A DNA stretch of 37,451 nucleotides from a virus (Duplodnaviria > Caudoviricetes): positions 1-37,451 of IMG/VR virus record IMGVR_UViG_3300033076_000893; one strand, written 5' to 3'. Shown here one piece after another: positions 9,555 to 18,745 of the stretch. Below the pieces are notes generated by a model. That model saw nothing but the letters and a program-made list of their open reading frames with translations, was not told the DNA's origin and did no database searches. Positions within the stretch are counted from its first letter, which is position 1; each line of letters starts with the position of its first letter. The position numbers and the translations under genes were made by a program.

Positions 9555-10168
9555 GCATGATCGAACGACTGATCGCCGCCGGGGTTCACCCGACGCAGGC
9601 CAAGGCATTTGCCGAGCCGCTGAAGGCCGCAATGGCGCTGTTCGACATCTCCACAGATGCCCGTATTGCGGCCTTCTTGGCGCAGGCCATGATCGAATCG
9701 CAGAGCTTCACCCGACTGGAGGAAAATCTCTTCTACACCACGCCGGCCAGGATCGATGCGGTGTTTATCGCGGTGAAGTCGATCGAGGAAGCCACGCTGT
9801 ACGTTCGCAACCCGCAGCGCTTGGCAAACAAGGTGTACGCCAATCGCAACGGGAATGGCGACGAAGCCAGCGGCGACGGATGGGTCTTCAGGGGTCGTGG
9901 GCTGTTCCAGCTCACCGGCCGGGCGAACTACAAAGCGGCCTCTGAGGGCGTTGGGCTTGGCGCGGTGTACGTACAGCGCCCCGAGCTGGTTTCTCAACCG
10001 TCAGACGCTTCCCTGACCGCCGCGTGGTACTGGTCAAGCCGGGGCTGCAATCAACTGATCGACGCCGGAAACTTCGACGCCACCACTCGCCTGATCAACG
10101 GCCCGGCCATGCTGCACAAGCACGAGCGCGCCGCCGCCTTTCACCACAACCTGAGTGCATTTGCATGA
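9551..10168 (+). CDS. Endolysin, glycoside hydrolase family 19
   Basis: AAFLAQAMIES, EENLFY, FRGRGLFQLTGRANY, TRLING motifs. Confidence 0.9.
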   Translation: MSMIERLIAAGVHPTQAKAFAEPLKAAMALFDISTDARIAAFLAQAMIESQSFTRLEENLFYTTPARIDAVFIAVKSIEEATLYVRNPQRLANKVYANRNGNGDEASGDGWVFRGRGLFQLTGRANYKAASEGVGLGAVYVQRPELVSQPSDASLTAAWYWSSRGCNQLIDAGNFDATTRLINGPAMLHKHERAAAFHHNLSAFA

Positions 10169-10647
10169 CCGCCATCCTGGGCCTGTTCAACATCGTGCCT
10201 GGCTGGGTGTGGGCGTTGATCTGTGCCGGGGCCATGGGAACAAGCTGCGTGCAGACAACCCGCCTATCCGTCGAGAAAGCCAGCATCGCCGCCGAACGCC
10301 TGGAGTACGCCAAGGCAGCACTGAAGGCCGTGGAAGTCGCCCAGGCCGAAACCATCCGTCTACAAGGGGTCAAAGATGAAGCCATCAAGAAAGCCGCAAC
10401 TCGGGCAAATGCAAACAAGGTGGCTGCTGCTGCCGCTGCTTCTGAGCGTGACAGCCTGCGCGACGAACTTGCCGCCGCCAGTGCAAAGCTGCCCAGCCTT
10501 TCCCATCAAGCCTGCCTTGCAAGAGCCGATGCCCTCTCAGCCGTATTCGCTCAGTGCACAGGAGCTGTTGAAGGCATGGCGCGCTCGGCTGACGGCCACG
10601 CCAATGACGCCCTGACGCTCGATCAGGCTTGGCCTAGCAGCCCGTAA
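10165..10647 (+). CDS. Rz: Inner-membrane spanin (Rz-like)
   Basis: ATGA overlap with endolysin; N-terminal TM segment then Ala-rich coiled coil. Confidence 0.8.
   Translation: MTAILGLFNIVPGWVWALICAGAMGTSCVQTTRLSVEKASIAAERLEYAKAALKAVEVAQAETIRLQGVKDEAIKKAATRANANKVAAAAAASERDSLRDELAAASAKLPSLSHQACLARADALSAVFAQCTGAVEGMARSADGHANDALTLDQAWPSSP
10409..10615 (+). CDS. Rz1: Outer-membrane lipoprotein spanin (Rz1-like) nested in Rz
   Basis: MQTRWLLLPLLLSVTAC lipobox; Pro-rich mature region; alternate frame within Rz. Confidence 0.8.
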   Translation: MQTRWLLLPLLLSVTACATNLPPPVQSCPAFPIKPALQEPMPSQPYSLSAQELLKAWRARLTATPMTP

Positions 10648-10680
10648 CCGAGTCTCCTTGATCAGATCCGTCTGATCCTT

Positions 10681-10720
10681 AGCCGCCTGCTCCTTCGGGG
10701 GTGGGCGGCTTTTTTCGTTT
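10681..10720 (+). terminator. Terminator ending the late operon
   Basis: AGCCGCCTGCTCC-TTCG-GGGGTGGGCGGCT followed by T-run. Confidence 0.85.
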
Positions 10721-10983
10721 CAGCGAAGCAAAGCTCTAAGGCGGTCGGCCCAAGTCTTGGGACGGGGTTCAGGAATGATTTTCTCGCTCAATCTGCTGTA
10801 TGGAGCGGCATTCATAGCGCCAGCACCGGGGCCAATCCAGGCGGCGTTCGCTGTGCCTTGGGCGATTTCTCGCTCTTGAGCGGCAGTAAGAGCCGGAGCA
10901 CTTTGAGCGCCGGCTTGTAGGCGCAGCCAAATTTCCCGCTGCCGGTCTTGAGCTGACTTGTTGATCGTGGTTTCTTCGTTCAT
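10720..10983 (-). CDS. Hypothetical protein (moron-like)
   Basis: Directly follows the SGNH gene and ends at the terminator. Confidence 0.6.
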   Translation of the reverse strand: MNEETTINKSAQDRQREIWLRLQAGAQSAPALTAAQEREIAQGTANAAWIGPGAGAMNAAPYSRLSEKIIPEPRPKTWADRLRALLR

Positions 10984-10986
10984 AGG

Positions 10987-11631
10987 TCACACCATATCAG
11001 CGATGCACTTTCTGAGCGTGTCGCGCTTGACCGCATACCCGTCAACAGTGGGATGGATGCCGTCCTCCAGCGGCACCCGTGGCTGGGCGCAGAAGTAGAC
11101 TCCCATGTGGGCTGCCAAGTGCTTCATGGCTGACCGACGTTCCTCGAAAGCGGCTATGTCGAAATTGATCTGCTGCATGAGCGGCGTCATGGTTTCGCTG
11201 ACCGGGTTCGGCTCTTCCAGAATCACGATCTTCCCGGCCTTCTGAGCGACAGTGACCAGCTCGCGAAGATTGGCCTTGTACTGCTCGACAGTCAGAGCGC
11301 CGTCGTTGATGCCCGGGTTCATCGCAACCACGCGGGCGGTTTCCCTTGCCATCTGCTCGGGCCAGGGGTAGTTTCGGCCGTCGGTGCCAGCCAGCATCAT
11401 GGTCGTGTTCGACCCGCTCACCCCACGGTTGTAGACCTTCGCGCCCGGTCGGCTGGCTGCGTGTGGCTGGCCTTGTGCTTCCTGGGTGCTGTCACCGTAG
11501 GCCGAAATGACGTAGGGCTCTGGCGTGCCGGGTGGTTGAGCCTCGGGCGCTGGGGCGGATGAGCCGCCGCCTCCGCAGGCAGAAAGGACGACGGCAAAGA
11601 GCAGGGCAGTAAGATAGCGGGCTGGTTTCAT
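10987..11631 (-). CDS. SGNH/GDSL hydrolase lipoprotein
   Basis: LSAC lipobox; YGDST, NRGVSG, NPGIND, DGIHP blocks; GAGG RBS. Confidence 0.88.
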   Translation of the reverse strand: MKPARYLTALLFAVVLSACGGGGSSAPAPEAQPPGTPEPYVISAYGDSTQEAQGQPHAASRPGAKVYNRGVSGSNTTMMLAGTDGRNYPWPEQMARETARVVAMNPGINDGALTVEQYKANLRELVTVAQKAGKIVILEEPNPVSETMTPLMQQINFDIAAFEERRSAMKHLAAHMGVYFCAQPRVPLEDGIHPTVDGYAVKRDTLRKCIADMV

Positions 11632-11684
11632 GGTGACCTCGGTTGCTGGTTAAGCACCCGGAAGCCGTGAAACTGAGCCCTCAA

Positions 11685-11889
11685 AATTCCCCCGAAAAAC
11701 GGCGGATTCAAGTGGTGGCGCGGTTCCCGACCCCGGTTCGAGGCACCACTATACTTCCGATGCCTTCCTATTGGTTGAGAAAATCTAGGAAAATCAAAGG
11801 TGAATCGACGGACGGAAGTAGGGTTTTCCGGGTCGATAGGAAATAGTTCACACATCAACCCCCCGAAAATCCCCCGACCAAACCCCCGA
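11685..11889. mobile_element. attP: core resembling a tRNA-Leu 3' end (11728-11748) flanked by arm-type repeats
   Basis: CGACCCCGGTTCGAGGCACCA; CCCCCGA-containing repeats at about 11685, 11857, 11868, 11880; adjacent to integrase. Confidence 0.8.
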
Positions 11890-12866
11890 TGGCCACGCCG
11901 AAGAAGACAGAACAGGGCACTTGGCGCATCCAAATCGAGGTGCGCGGGGTGCGTGACTCGAGCACTCAGCCGACCAAAAGGGACGCTTTGGAGTGGGCGG
12001 CGAGGCGCACAACCGAAATAAAAGCGATGGCGGGCGGCAAGGGCGGCACCGTCAAGACCCTGCGACAGGCGTTCGACAAGTACGCCGAAGAGGTCAGTCC
12101 GAAGAAGCGCGGGGAGTCGAAAGAGATCATCCGGCTCGAGGCGTTCAAGCGCCAGGCCCTGCCCATTGATCGCAAGCTGTCCGAACTCACCACGCCCGAT
12201 CTGGTGACCTGGCGGGACTCGAGGCTCAAGATCAACGCTCGAGGATCGGTGCTGCGGGACATGACCTTGCTGGGCTCCGTGCTCGAGACTGCGCGCAAGG
12301 AATGGAAGTGGATCGAGGTCAATCCAATGCGCGACGTGACGCGACCGGAAAACCCCGACCACCGGGAGCGGCTGATTACAGGCCCTGAGACGCGCCGAAT
12401 GCTCCGAGCGCTGGGTTATGGCTTCCCGATCCGAACGGTGTCGCAGGCGGTCGCTGCGTGCTTCCTGATGGCTTTGTCTACCGGAATGAGGGCTGGGGAG
12501 TTGTGCGGTCTGCGCTGGGTGGACGTGAAGGGCAATTTCGTGCGCCTGCCCATGACCAAGAACGGAACGGCTCGAGATGTGCCACTGTCCAAGACGGCCC
12601 GGCGATTGCTCGAGCGCATGAAGGGCTGGGACAAGGATCTGGTGTTCGGCATCAAGTCGCAGACCTTGGACGCGCTGTTTCGCAAAGCTCGAGAAAAGGC
12701 CGGACTCGCGGGCTTTACTTTCCACGACAGCCGCCACACAGCCGCCACCCGGATTGCTCAGAAGTTGCATGTGCTTGACCTGTGCAAAGTGTTCGGGTGG
12801 AAAAACCCGAAGCAAGCCGGCGTCTACTACAACGAAAGCGCGTCGAACATCGCCAAGCGCCTCTAG
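11889..12866 (+). CDS. int: Tyrosine integrase
   Basis: TGMRAGEL, TKNG, FHDSRH, GW...YY catalytic motifs. Confidence 0.95.
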   Translation: MATPKKTEQGTWRIQIEVRGVRDSSTQPTKRDALEWAARRTTEIKAMAGGKGGTVKTLRQAFDKYAEEVSPKKRGESKEIIRLEAFKRQALPIDRKLSELTTPDLVTWRDSRLKINARGSVLRDMTLLGSVLETARKEWKWIEVNPMRDVTRPENPDHRERLITGPETRRMLRALGYGFPIRTVSQAVAACFLMALSTGMRAGELCGLRWVDVKGNFVRLPMTKNGTARDVPLSKTARRLLERMKGWDKDLVFGIKSQTLDALFRKAREKAGLAGFTFHDSRHTAATRIAQKLHVLDLCKVFGWKNPKQAGVYYNESASNIAKRL

Positions 12867-13090
12867 TGCTTGATGAACTCGAGCACTTCGCTGAGCAGCC
12901 ATTTCCCGTGAACCGGCTGTGGAACCTGGCCGGCGTCGATCCGCTTGGCCAGCGTTCGGGTGGTGATACCCATCCGGTTGGCAAGCTCCTGACGGCTCAC
13001 CAAACGGTCGTCCTTCTTGATGATGACCATCATCAGGTCGCGCAGGCCCTTAAGCTCCTGGCGCACTTCTTCAATGGTTGCTTCGCTCAT
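12863..13090 (-). CDS. xis: Excisionase / AlpA-like HTH
   Basis: SRQELANRMGITTRTLAKRIDAGQVPQP...W; converges on int. Confidence 0.75.
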   Translation of the reverse strand: MSEATIEEVRQELKGLRDLMMVIIKKDDRLVSRQELANRMGITTRTLAKRIDAGQVPQPVHGKWLLSEVLEFIKH

Positions 13091-13167
13091 CGTTCATCCT
13101 CCTCATCAGGCCAACGGTTCGGATCTCGCTTGTCTGGATACTTGCGGCGGCGTTTTGAGAGGTTCAT
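13087..13167 (-). CDS. 26-aa peptide (absent from ORF track)
   Basis: MNLSKRRRKYPDKRDPNRWPDEEDER; ATGA overlaps at both ends. Confidence 0.5.
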   Translation of the reverse strand: MNLSKRRRKYPDKRDPNRWPDEEDER

Positions 13168-13409
13168 GGCTGATCCTTAAAGCTGCCGCAATGGTGTTCG
13201 CGGCTCGTCATCACGTGTCCGGCGCCAAGTGGGATGCTCGCGTTGCTGATACCCAGCATTGCAATGCGTTGCTCGCCAGAGACCGGTGCGGATGCGTGAC
13301 ACTCGCCGACAAGGCTATTCATGTGATGCCACCAATCGCAACCGGCGCAGCAAGGCCCGTGCGCAGCGTAAAAGTTATCGATGATTGCTTGACGTTTGTT
13401 CATGGTCAC
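13164..13409 (-). CDS. Cys/His-rich hypothetical protein
   Basis: CCAGCDWW...C...HHCG; coupled within early operon. Confidence 0.65.
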   Translation of the reverse strand: MTMNKRQAIIDNFYAAHGPCCAGCDWWHHMNSLVGECHASAPVSGEQRIAMLGISNASIPLGAGHVMTSREHHCGSFKDQP

Positions 13410-13885
13410 TTCCTCGCTCGAATGGCGGCAGCCAGCTTCTTAAACCAGTCACAGAAGTTCGATCCGCCCCATGTTGCGAACTCATCTGCCATGCGAGCAC
13501 ACGCTTCCCGTTCCTCAGCCGCTGCCTGTGCTGCAACAAGCTGGGCGAAGTACAGCAATGCCTCATGCCCGTCGGAGTGGTGGTCGTCCTGAGATTGCAG
13601 ATGCTTGTTCGCTTCGGCATCTGCCTCCATCGCCCATGCAATGATCTGGTCTTTGGTCATGGCCGACCTACCAACCGGCTCTTGCAGTGCTTCGCGCAGC
13701 ACCTCGATCTCTTTCGACAATTGGCGGATATGCTCACAGGCCGCTTTTAGAGCCATAGCACATCCGACCGGCAAGTAGTCATTCCAAAAGTCGGCAAGCT
13801 CTTGAGGGGACTTATCGAGCCCATAGTTGACCCGCCAGCAATCGCAGTCCTTCAGTGCCTCGGTTTGATTGGTGTGGGTGGTCAT
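13406..13885 (-). CDS. Hypothetical early protein
   Basis: AAEEREACA...LAAAIRAR C-terminal module common in phage early genes. Confidence 0.65.
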   Translation of the reverse strand: MTTHTNQTEALKDCDCWRVNYGLDKSPQELADFWNDYLPVGCAMALKAACEHIRQLSKEIEVLREALQEPVGRSAMTKDQIIAWAMEADAEANKHLQSQDDHHSDGHEALLYFAQLVAAQAAAEEREACARMADEFATWGGSNFCDWFKKLAAAIRARK

Positions 13886-14424
13886 GGTGAGGTTTCCTTT
13901 GTATGAGGGGCGGGCTCGTTGTCTGTCCATTCAAGCTTCACGGTGCTACCGATGCGAAAGCGATCGGGCGCGCAGTCCTGAGTGGCAACGCCAAACAGGC
14001 CACAGAGTTTTTCAAAGTCGCCCCACATCAATCCGTTGAAGCCGTCGGTTTTGACGAAAAACGGTGATTGCTCGGGCAACATGTCGGAGTCGTCGTCAAC
14101 GATTGCGTACTGCTCAACCTCCGGGTGCCGACGCAGCCAGTCCGCGATTTCGTCACCACGGCAGCCGCAGAGGCTCGGCGTTTGGTCCATGGTCGGCAGG
14201 TCCAGGGCTCGACCTACTTCATCCCACCCGTTGGAATAGCGCCATGCGCTGGAGACCACAACTGACACGTTTCCCTTTGCGCATAGGCCTCGAATTAGGT
14301 TGACTGCCACCGTGTCAAACATGGTTAGGTGGTCGGGCGTGAACTTGTGCGGGTAGCCTCGAAACGCCACCGCTGTGCGTGCGCTGTTGAGCACGCCATC
14401 AATATCAAGGAATAGCACCTTCAT
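13882..14424 (-). CDS. HAD phosphatase, Swiss-Army-Knife RNA-repair type
   Basis: VLFLDIDGVLN, VVSSAWR, RGDEI, YAIVDDDSDM; ATG at 14424. Confidence 0.85.
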   Translation of the reverse strand: MKVLFLDIDGVLNSARTAVAFRGYPHKFTPDHLTMFDTVAVNLIRGLCAKGNVSVVVSSAWRYSNGWDEVGRALDLPTMDQTPSLCGCRGDEIADWLRRHPEVEQYAIVDDDSDMLPEQSPFFVKTDGFNGLMWGDFEKLCGLFGVATQDCAPDRFRIGSTVKLEWTDNEPAPHTKETSP

Positions 14425-14867
14425 CCCTTGCCTCCTTGTTCTGGAGGGGGGGGAAGAGGCTGCCAAGCGTTCGGATAGATCGGATTCGACACATGGGCAT
14501 CGGTCCAGTTCTCGTTTGCCCAGTACCATCCGGCGTGATAGTCGCCGTCCTGATCGTCGTACCATGCCTCGCCGACAAGTTCGCCGATTGCCACGAGGAC
14601 ACGCCTTCCATCTTTCGGCGCACTGTCCATTGATTGCCACCCTTGCGGAGTGCTGTGGTGGGAGAGGGCGGCACGGGCGTCCCGAAATGCTTCCCACAGC
14701 ATCTGCACGTTTGCATAACAACCTCGCAGCACGCGGTGCGAAACGACATGCGCGTAGCCGTCTGGAGCGCGGGCAAATGAGTGCTCGCTGCAAAGATAGT
14801 TTTCCCGGCACCACGCCTCAAACCTCTCCCTCTCGCTTGCTGGTGGAATGGGGGTGGTGTCAGACAT
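14421..14867 (-). CDS. DUF551-like early protein
   Basis: ERERFEAW; WQSMDSAPKDG...WQPLPPPP. Confidence 0.7.
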   Translation of the reverse strand: MSDTTPIPPASERERFEAWCRENYLCSEHSFARAPDGYAHVVSHRVLRGCYANVQMLWEAFRDARAALSHHSTPQGWQSMDSAPKDGRRVLVAIGELVGEAWYDDQDGDYHAGWYWANENWTDAHVSNPIYPNAWQPLPPPPEQGGKG

Positions 14868-15285
14868 TGCTGGTCTCCAAACGTGCGCGCAGGGCGGTGA
14901 TGGCGGCGGACGTGTTGTCCGGCTCGCCGTCTTTGCTGTACCCGCTGATCTCCCATTCCAGAGCCTCCAGCGCCTGCCGCATCAGCGCTTCGTCGGCCTC
15001 GCTCAGAGGTTGTTTCTCTGCCTGCGGGGATGGAAGCACAGCGTAGAGCAGCGTTCCGCTTGGAGCCTCAGGCCGGCTAGGTGCCCAACCAAGTTCGCAG
15101 CCTCGAACGAAGGCCACCAGCGTTCCACCAGTCTTTGCCGATCGCTCCCGAGCATCGAGCCTTCGGAGTTCGCTGATAGCGTCGTACAAAAGATCTCCTC
15201 TAACCGCAATGAGTTCGTCATAGGACTTGTCGTTTACACAGAGCTCGAACTGATGAGCCAGACCGAGGGCTAAGCCGCTATTCAT
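14860..15285 (-). CDS. Hypothetical early protein
   Basis: GGAGG RBS; ALMRQALEALE...AITALRARL module. Confidence 0.6.
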   Translation of the reverse strand: MNSGLALGLAHQFELCVNDKSYDELIAVRGDLLYDAISELRRLDARERSAKTGGTLVAFVRGCELGWAPSRPEAPSGTLLYAVLPSPQAEKQPLSEADEALMRQALEALEWEISGYSKDGEPDNTSAAITALRARLETSNV

Positions 15286-15973
15286 GATCGCCTCCAAGTC
15301 CAACGCGCTCAGGCCAGTTCTGCGGTGTGACAGGGTGTGTGATCTCCATTAACTGGAGCAGCCTTGCCGCTGCTTTGTATGCGTTGGGGTAGTGAATCAT
15401 TGGGTAAGAATTCCCTCGGTTGTCATGGGCACTGACGTACCAGCCATCTGGCGCAAGGGTTGTCAGGTAGGTCCAGCGCTCAGATTCGTCGTCTGTGTCC
15501 GGCTTCGCTTCAATCTGTTTTGGCCTCGATCGAAATGCCACATCCGTAGGGTCGTACAGCGGGGCGTTGGTTGCCTGCGGGGATGGGGTGGCAAGGCGAG
15601 CAAGCACAAACGCCTTCATGTCGACGCCGTTCCAGCCGGCGCGCAACGCCGCATTTCCGATGTCGACCAGCGTCTGCGCGTTCCTTTGCGCGTGCACGTC
15701 TTGAGCCGGTGCGGTGGGTGGGGTGGGGCAAATGGCTTTCGTGTTGTAGCGACCGGCACAGCGCCGGTTCACCTTGCACAGCTCCTGTGAGTCGCAATCG
15801 CTGGGTGGTGTAAAAACGATCGCCTCCCCCTGCACTCGCTCGGGTGACTCCAGGGCGTCAGCAGCCTGTTGCAAAAGTGGGATGAAGTCCGCCAGCGGCA
15901 TTGGCTTGCGACGGATCGATTGCGCCGTCTCGCGCAGGCGCGCTGCCAGCTCGGTGTGGGATGGGTTGGTCAT
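15278..15973 (-). CDS. Hypothetical mosaic early protein
   Basis: ATGA-coupled start at 15973. Confidence 0.6.
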   Translation of the reverse strand: MTNPSHTELAARLRETAQSIRRKPMPLADFIPLLQQAADALESPERVQGEAIVFTPPSDCDSQELCKVNRRCAGRYNTKAICPTPPTAPAQDVHAQRNAQTLVDIGNAALRAGWNGVDMKAFVLARLATPSPQATNAPLYDPTDVAFRSRPKQIEAKPDTDDESERWTYLTTLAPDGWYVSAHDNRGNSYPMIHYPNAYKAAARLLQLMEITHPVTPQNWPERVGLGGDHE

Positions 15974-16197
15974 GATTGCTCTTTCTGGTGCGATTCGAGG
16001 ATTGCCGCCGCCATCTGCTGCACAGACAACCCCAGCGCAACCGCCAGCCGCGTGCAGGTGTACAGGCCTGGGTTGGCGTGCCGGCCAGCCTCCAAGTCGT
16101 GTAGGTGGCCTTTTGTCAAGCCAGCAGACGCGCCGGCTTCTTCGAGGGTCAGGCCCACCGCGATGCGCTTCGTCTTGATGAGTTCGCCGAATTTCAT
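15970..16197 (-). CDS. XRE-family HTH regulator
   Basis: FGELIKTKRIAVGLTLEEAG...LHDLEAG..NP....RLAVALG. Confidence 0.85.
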   Translation of the reverse strand: MKFGELIKTKRIAVGLTLEEAGASAGLTKGHLHDLEAGRHANPGLYTCTRLAVALGLSVQQMAAAILESHQKEQS

Positions 16198-17273
16198 GAC
16201 CGATCTCTCCCCTCACCCCGGGCGCGGGCTGCGCGCAATGCTTCGGCAACCTGCTCGCGACTGAACAGGGGCACCGTCTTTCCATCGGGGGAGCCCATGC
16301 GAACCGAAGTCACCTCGACCACGCATTCACTGGTCTGGCAGCGTTCCAGGTCGTCGGGCCAGATGTGTGCAATGGCGTCGTCCTTCAGGTCATCAAGGTA
16401 CGCCAGCACGGCGCTGTCCTGCGCCACCTGCTCGGGCTGCACTGGCCTGCAATACGGGCACTTGGCCGCGTTGTGGTGGTTCGTCGGATCGAACCCCAGC
16501 GCTTCGCAGATTGCGCGCATGTCCGGCTTCTGCTCCCCGGCAGGCGGCTTGCTGGCGAGGGCGGCGATCAGTTCATCAAGAATTCGAGCGCCTTCCACCC
16601 ACATACCTCGGTCAACGAGGTTGCGAGCATTCGTGAGACGCTGGGCGAAGCGCTCTCCCGCATTGCTGGCCGTGGGCTGGGTGGCAGCCAGATGTTTGCG
16701 AAGCCAGCCGATCATTTCCGTGGCCTTGTCATAGTCCATGTAAAAGTAGCCGGACAAAAGGGCTTCATAGATTTGTCGCAGCTTGTCGCTCGGCGCTTCT
16801 GCCTGCTCGGCCTTGCCATCTGGAGAGGGTGCGGCGGAGATCATGGCGACATAGGCAAGGCTTGCAGCGTCGCGCTCGTGCCCCCCGCATTCCTTGATCG
16901 CCCGACCGCCTGCCGTCCACATCTTCGGCGTCGGCTCCAACGGCACCAGCTTCCACCCGGCCTGCACTGCTTGGGGAGCAGGAAGGGAGGCGATGGCGGC
17001 ATCAATTGCCGCCGCGTCCTTGCGGTGGCTGATCCGTAAAGCATCCATGTCAATATGGTCACGAGCCGTCAGCAACGCCTCGCGCCACGCCACCGCCTCA
17101 CCGGCCTGCCGCTCTCGGTCGGCCAACAGCGCGCGGTCAGCGTAGATCACCGCGCGGGCGAAGTTGATCCAGTCCGACATGTCGAGCGGATAGCTTGGGG
17201 TCGGCCCGCCGACATGCTTGTCAACAAGATCAACGATGCGATCGTCGCTCAGTTCCGGGTTGGTATTGCTCAC
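16194..17273 (-). CDS. Hypothetical mosaic early protein
   Basis: GWKLVPLEPTPKM and FDPTNHHNAAKCPYC modules. Confidence 0.65.
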   Translation of the reverse strand: MSNTNPELSDDRIVDLVDKHVGGPTPSYPLDMSDWINFARAVIYADRALLADRERQAGEAVAWREALLTARDHIDMDALRISHRKDAAAIDAAIASLPAPQAVQAGWKLVPLEPTPKMWTAGGRAIKECGGHERDAASLAYVAMISAAPSPDGKAEQAEAPSDKLRQIYEALLSGYFYMDYDKATEMIGWLRKHLAATQPTASNAGERFAQRLTNARNLVDRGMWVEGARILDELIAALASKPPAGEQKPDMRAICEALGFDPTNHHNAAKCPYCRPVQPEQVAQDSAVLAYLDDLKDDAIAHIWPDDLERCQTSECVVEVTSVRMGSPDGKTVPLFSREQVAEALRAARARGEGRDRS

Positions 17274-17536
17274 AGGGGGTCTCCAGAAGAGGTGAGGGCG
17301 GCGCGGGCGTTGGAGACAGCAGCCAGCTCATCATGAACAATTCCCGGCATCTGCTCGTTGAACTCAGCCAGCATTCCATTCATCGCCTCCACCAGATCCG
17401 CATTCACGCGATCAAGGCGTAGGAGTTCTTTCCCCATGTCAAACATCAGACCTTCCTCGTAAAAGCAATCTTCACGATCAAAACTTCCGCCCAATGATCT
17501 TTTAGCTTTTTCCGCCAGTTCAGTTGCTCTGCTCAT
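17270..17536 (-). CDS. Hypothetical protein
   Basis: ATG 17536; stop overlaps next gene. Confidence 0.55.
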   Translation of the reverse strand: MSRATELAEKAKRSLGGSFDREDCFYEEGLMFDMGKELLRLDRVNADLVEAMNGMLAEFNEQMPGIVHDELAAVSNARAALTSSGDPL

Positions 17537-17564
17537 GTTCAATCTCAGTAGGTTGTTTAGGGGG

Positions 17565-18083
17565 TTAGGCGTACTTGCTCGCCGTCTTTTTCCCCTTTGG
17601 CCAACCAGCTTTTGTGAAGTCCGAAACGATGTTTGCGACAGCGGGCAGCGTCTTGATAGCGGCCTGTTCGTCGGCGGGAAGGTACTTCTCAAACTCGGGA
17701 AGCATGTCCGCGAGGGCCTTGCGAGTGGTGACGCTATATGCAGCGGCTTTGATCTTTGATTGCAGCTCTTTGCGCTGCAAAGCTTGTGACTCGCTCAAGG
17801 CGCGCATGTTGTCCAGTTTCACCGCCAGCTCGGTACTCGGCTTGAATCGCTCGCCTCGACCGACGTAGACGGTTGGATAGCCAAGAGCGCCTGCGTGGTA
17901 GTTTGACGTCTCGACAAAATGAGAAAGTTCTTTGTCTTTGGCAATCGCACGGACCTTCGGTGGTAATTGCGCGATGCTGTCGGCAAGCAGCAGGCTTCTC
18001 GCCTGCTCGACATAGTCAATGCTGGGGACGTCGTTCATCGCCGAACGAACAAAGGCATCACGGATGGTGTTGGTCAGTTTCAC
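17565..18083 (-). CDS. Nmad5-like (nucleotide-modification-associated) protein
   Basis: KLTNTIRDAFVRSAMNDVP...TRKALADMLPEFEKYLP pattern; GGAG RBS. Confidence 0.6.
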   Translation of the reverse strand: MKLTNTIRDAFVRSAMNDVPSIDYVEQARSLLLADSIAQLPPKVRAIAKDKELSHFVETSNYHAGALGYPTVYVGRGERFKPSTELAVKLDNMRALSESQALQRKELQSKIKAAAYSVTTRKALADMLPEFEKYLPADEQAAIKTLPAVANIVSDFTKAGWPKGKKTASKYA

Positions 18084-18131
18084 GTTCTTCTCTCCAAGTA
18101 GGTAATAGGGGTGGATCGGACTACCAGCGCG

Positions 18132-18359
18132 CTAAGGGTTGGACTTCACTTCAGCGATAGCCCGGTTGAGCGCTTGGATTTCCTCAACCATCTCGACCAG
18201 GCCGTTCACGTCCCATCCATCCCCACCGCCTTCAATGCTGTTCAACATCGGGACAACCTTGTCCCTGACCTTTTGGGCGGCTTCTCGGCGTGCTTTGAAC
18301 AACACCGAGAGCCGGCCTACTTGGGCCATGCGCTTGTCGTCGGACAGGTCGGGCAGCAT
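18132..18359 (-). CDS. Hypothetical protein
   Basis: Starts 2 nt after the ssb stop. Confidence 0.6.
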   Translation of the reverse strand: MLPDLSDDKRMAQVGRLSVLFKARREAAQKVRDKVVPMLNSIEGGGDGWDVNGLVEMVEEIQALNRAIAEVKSNP

Positions 18360-18361
18360 GG

Positions 18362-18745
18362 TCAGAAAGGGATCAGGTCGCTGTCATCAAAACCTGCGGA
18401 CTGCGCGGCAGTCTTTCCAGGCGCAGCGGTAGGCTGGGCATCGCGCTTGCCGCCCTGCAATGCAAGCTCGTTCACGCGCACGTCCATGCTCTTGCGCTTG
18501 TTGCCGTCCTTGTCCGTCCATTCGCGCTCGGACACAGAGCCAACCACCGTCACCGATTGGCCTTTGGTCAGGTACGGCTGCAAGGACTCGGCACGCTTGC
18601 CGAAGATCGAGCAGTTCCACCAGATCGCTTGCTTTTCCTTGCCTTGGCTGTCAGCGACAGAGAACGAGGCGACGGCATCGCCGTTGGGCAAGTAGCGGAG
18701 TTCGGCGTCTTTGCCGAGTGAACCGGCCACGGTAATTGAGTTCAT
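18362..18745 (-). CDS. ssb: Single-stranded DNA-binding protein
   Basis: GSLGKDAELRYLPNG OB-fold start; acidic DDSDLIPF tail. Confidence 0.95.
   Translation of the reverse strand: MNSITVAGSLGKDAELRYLPNGDAVASFSVADSQGKEKQAIWWNCSIFGKRAESLQPYLTKGQSVTVVGSVSEREWTDKDGNKRKSMDVRVNELALQGGKRDAQPTAAPGKTAAQSAGFDDSDLIPF

Noticed and set aside
11700-11748. Complete tRNA gene
   Set aside because: Only the 3' T-arm and acceptor fragment are present, consistent with an att core.
11628-12902. Long antisense ORFs (also 4197-5375, 1655-2335, 34158-34994)
   Set aside because: Shadow frames of real genes in GC-rich DNA.
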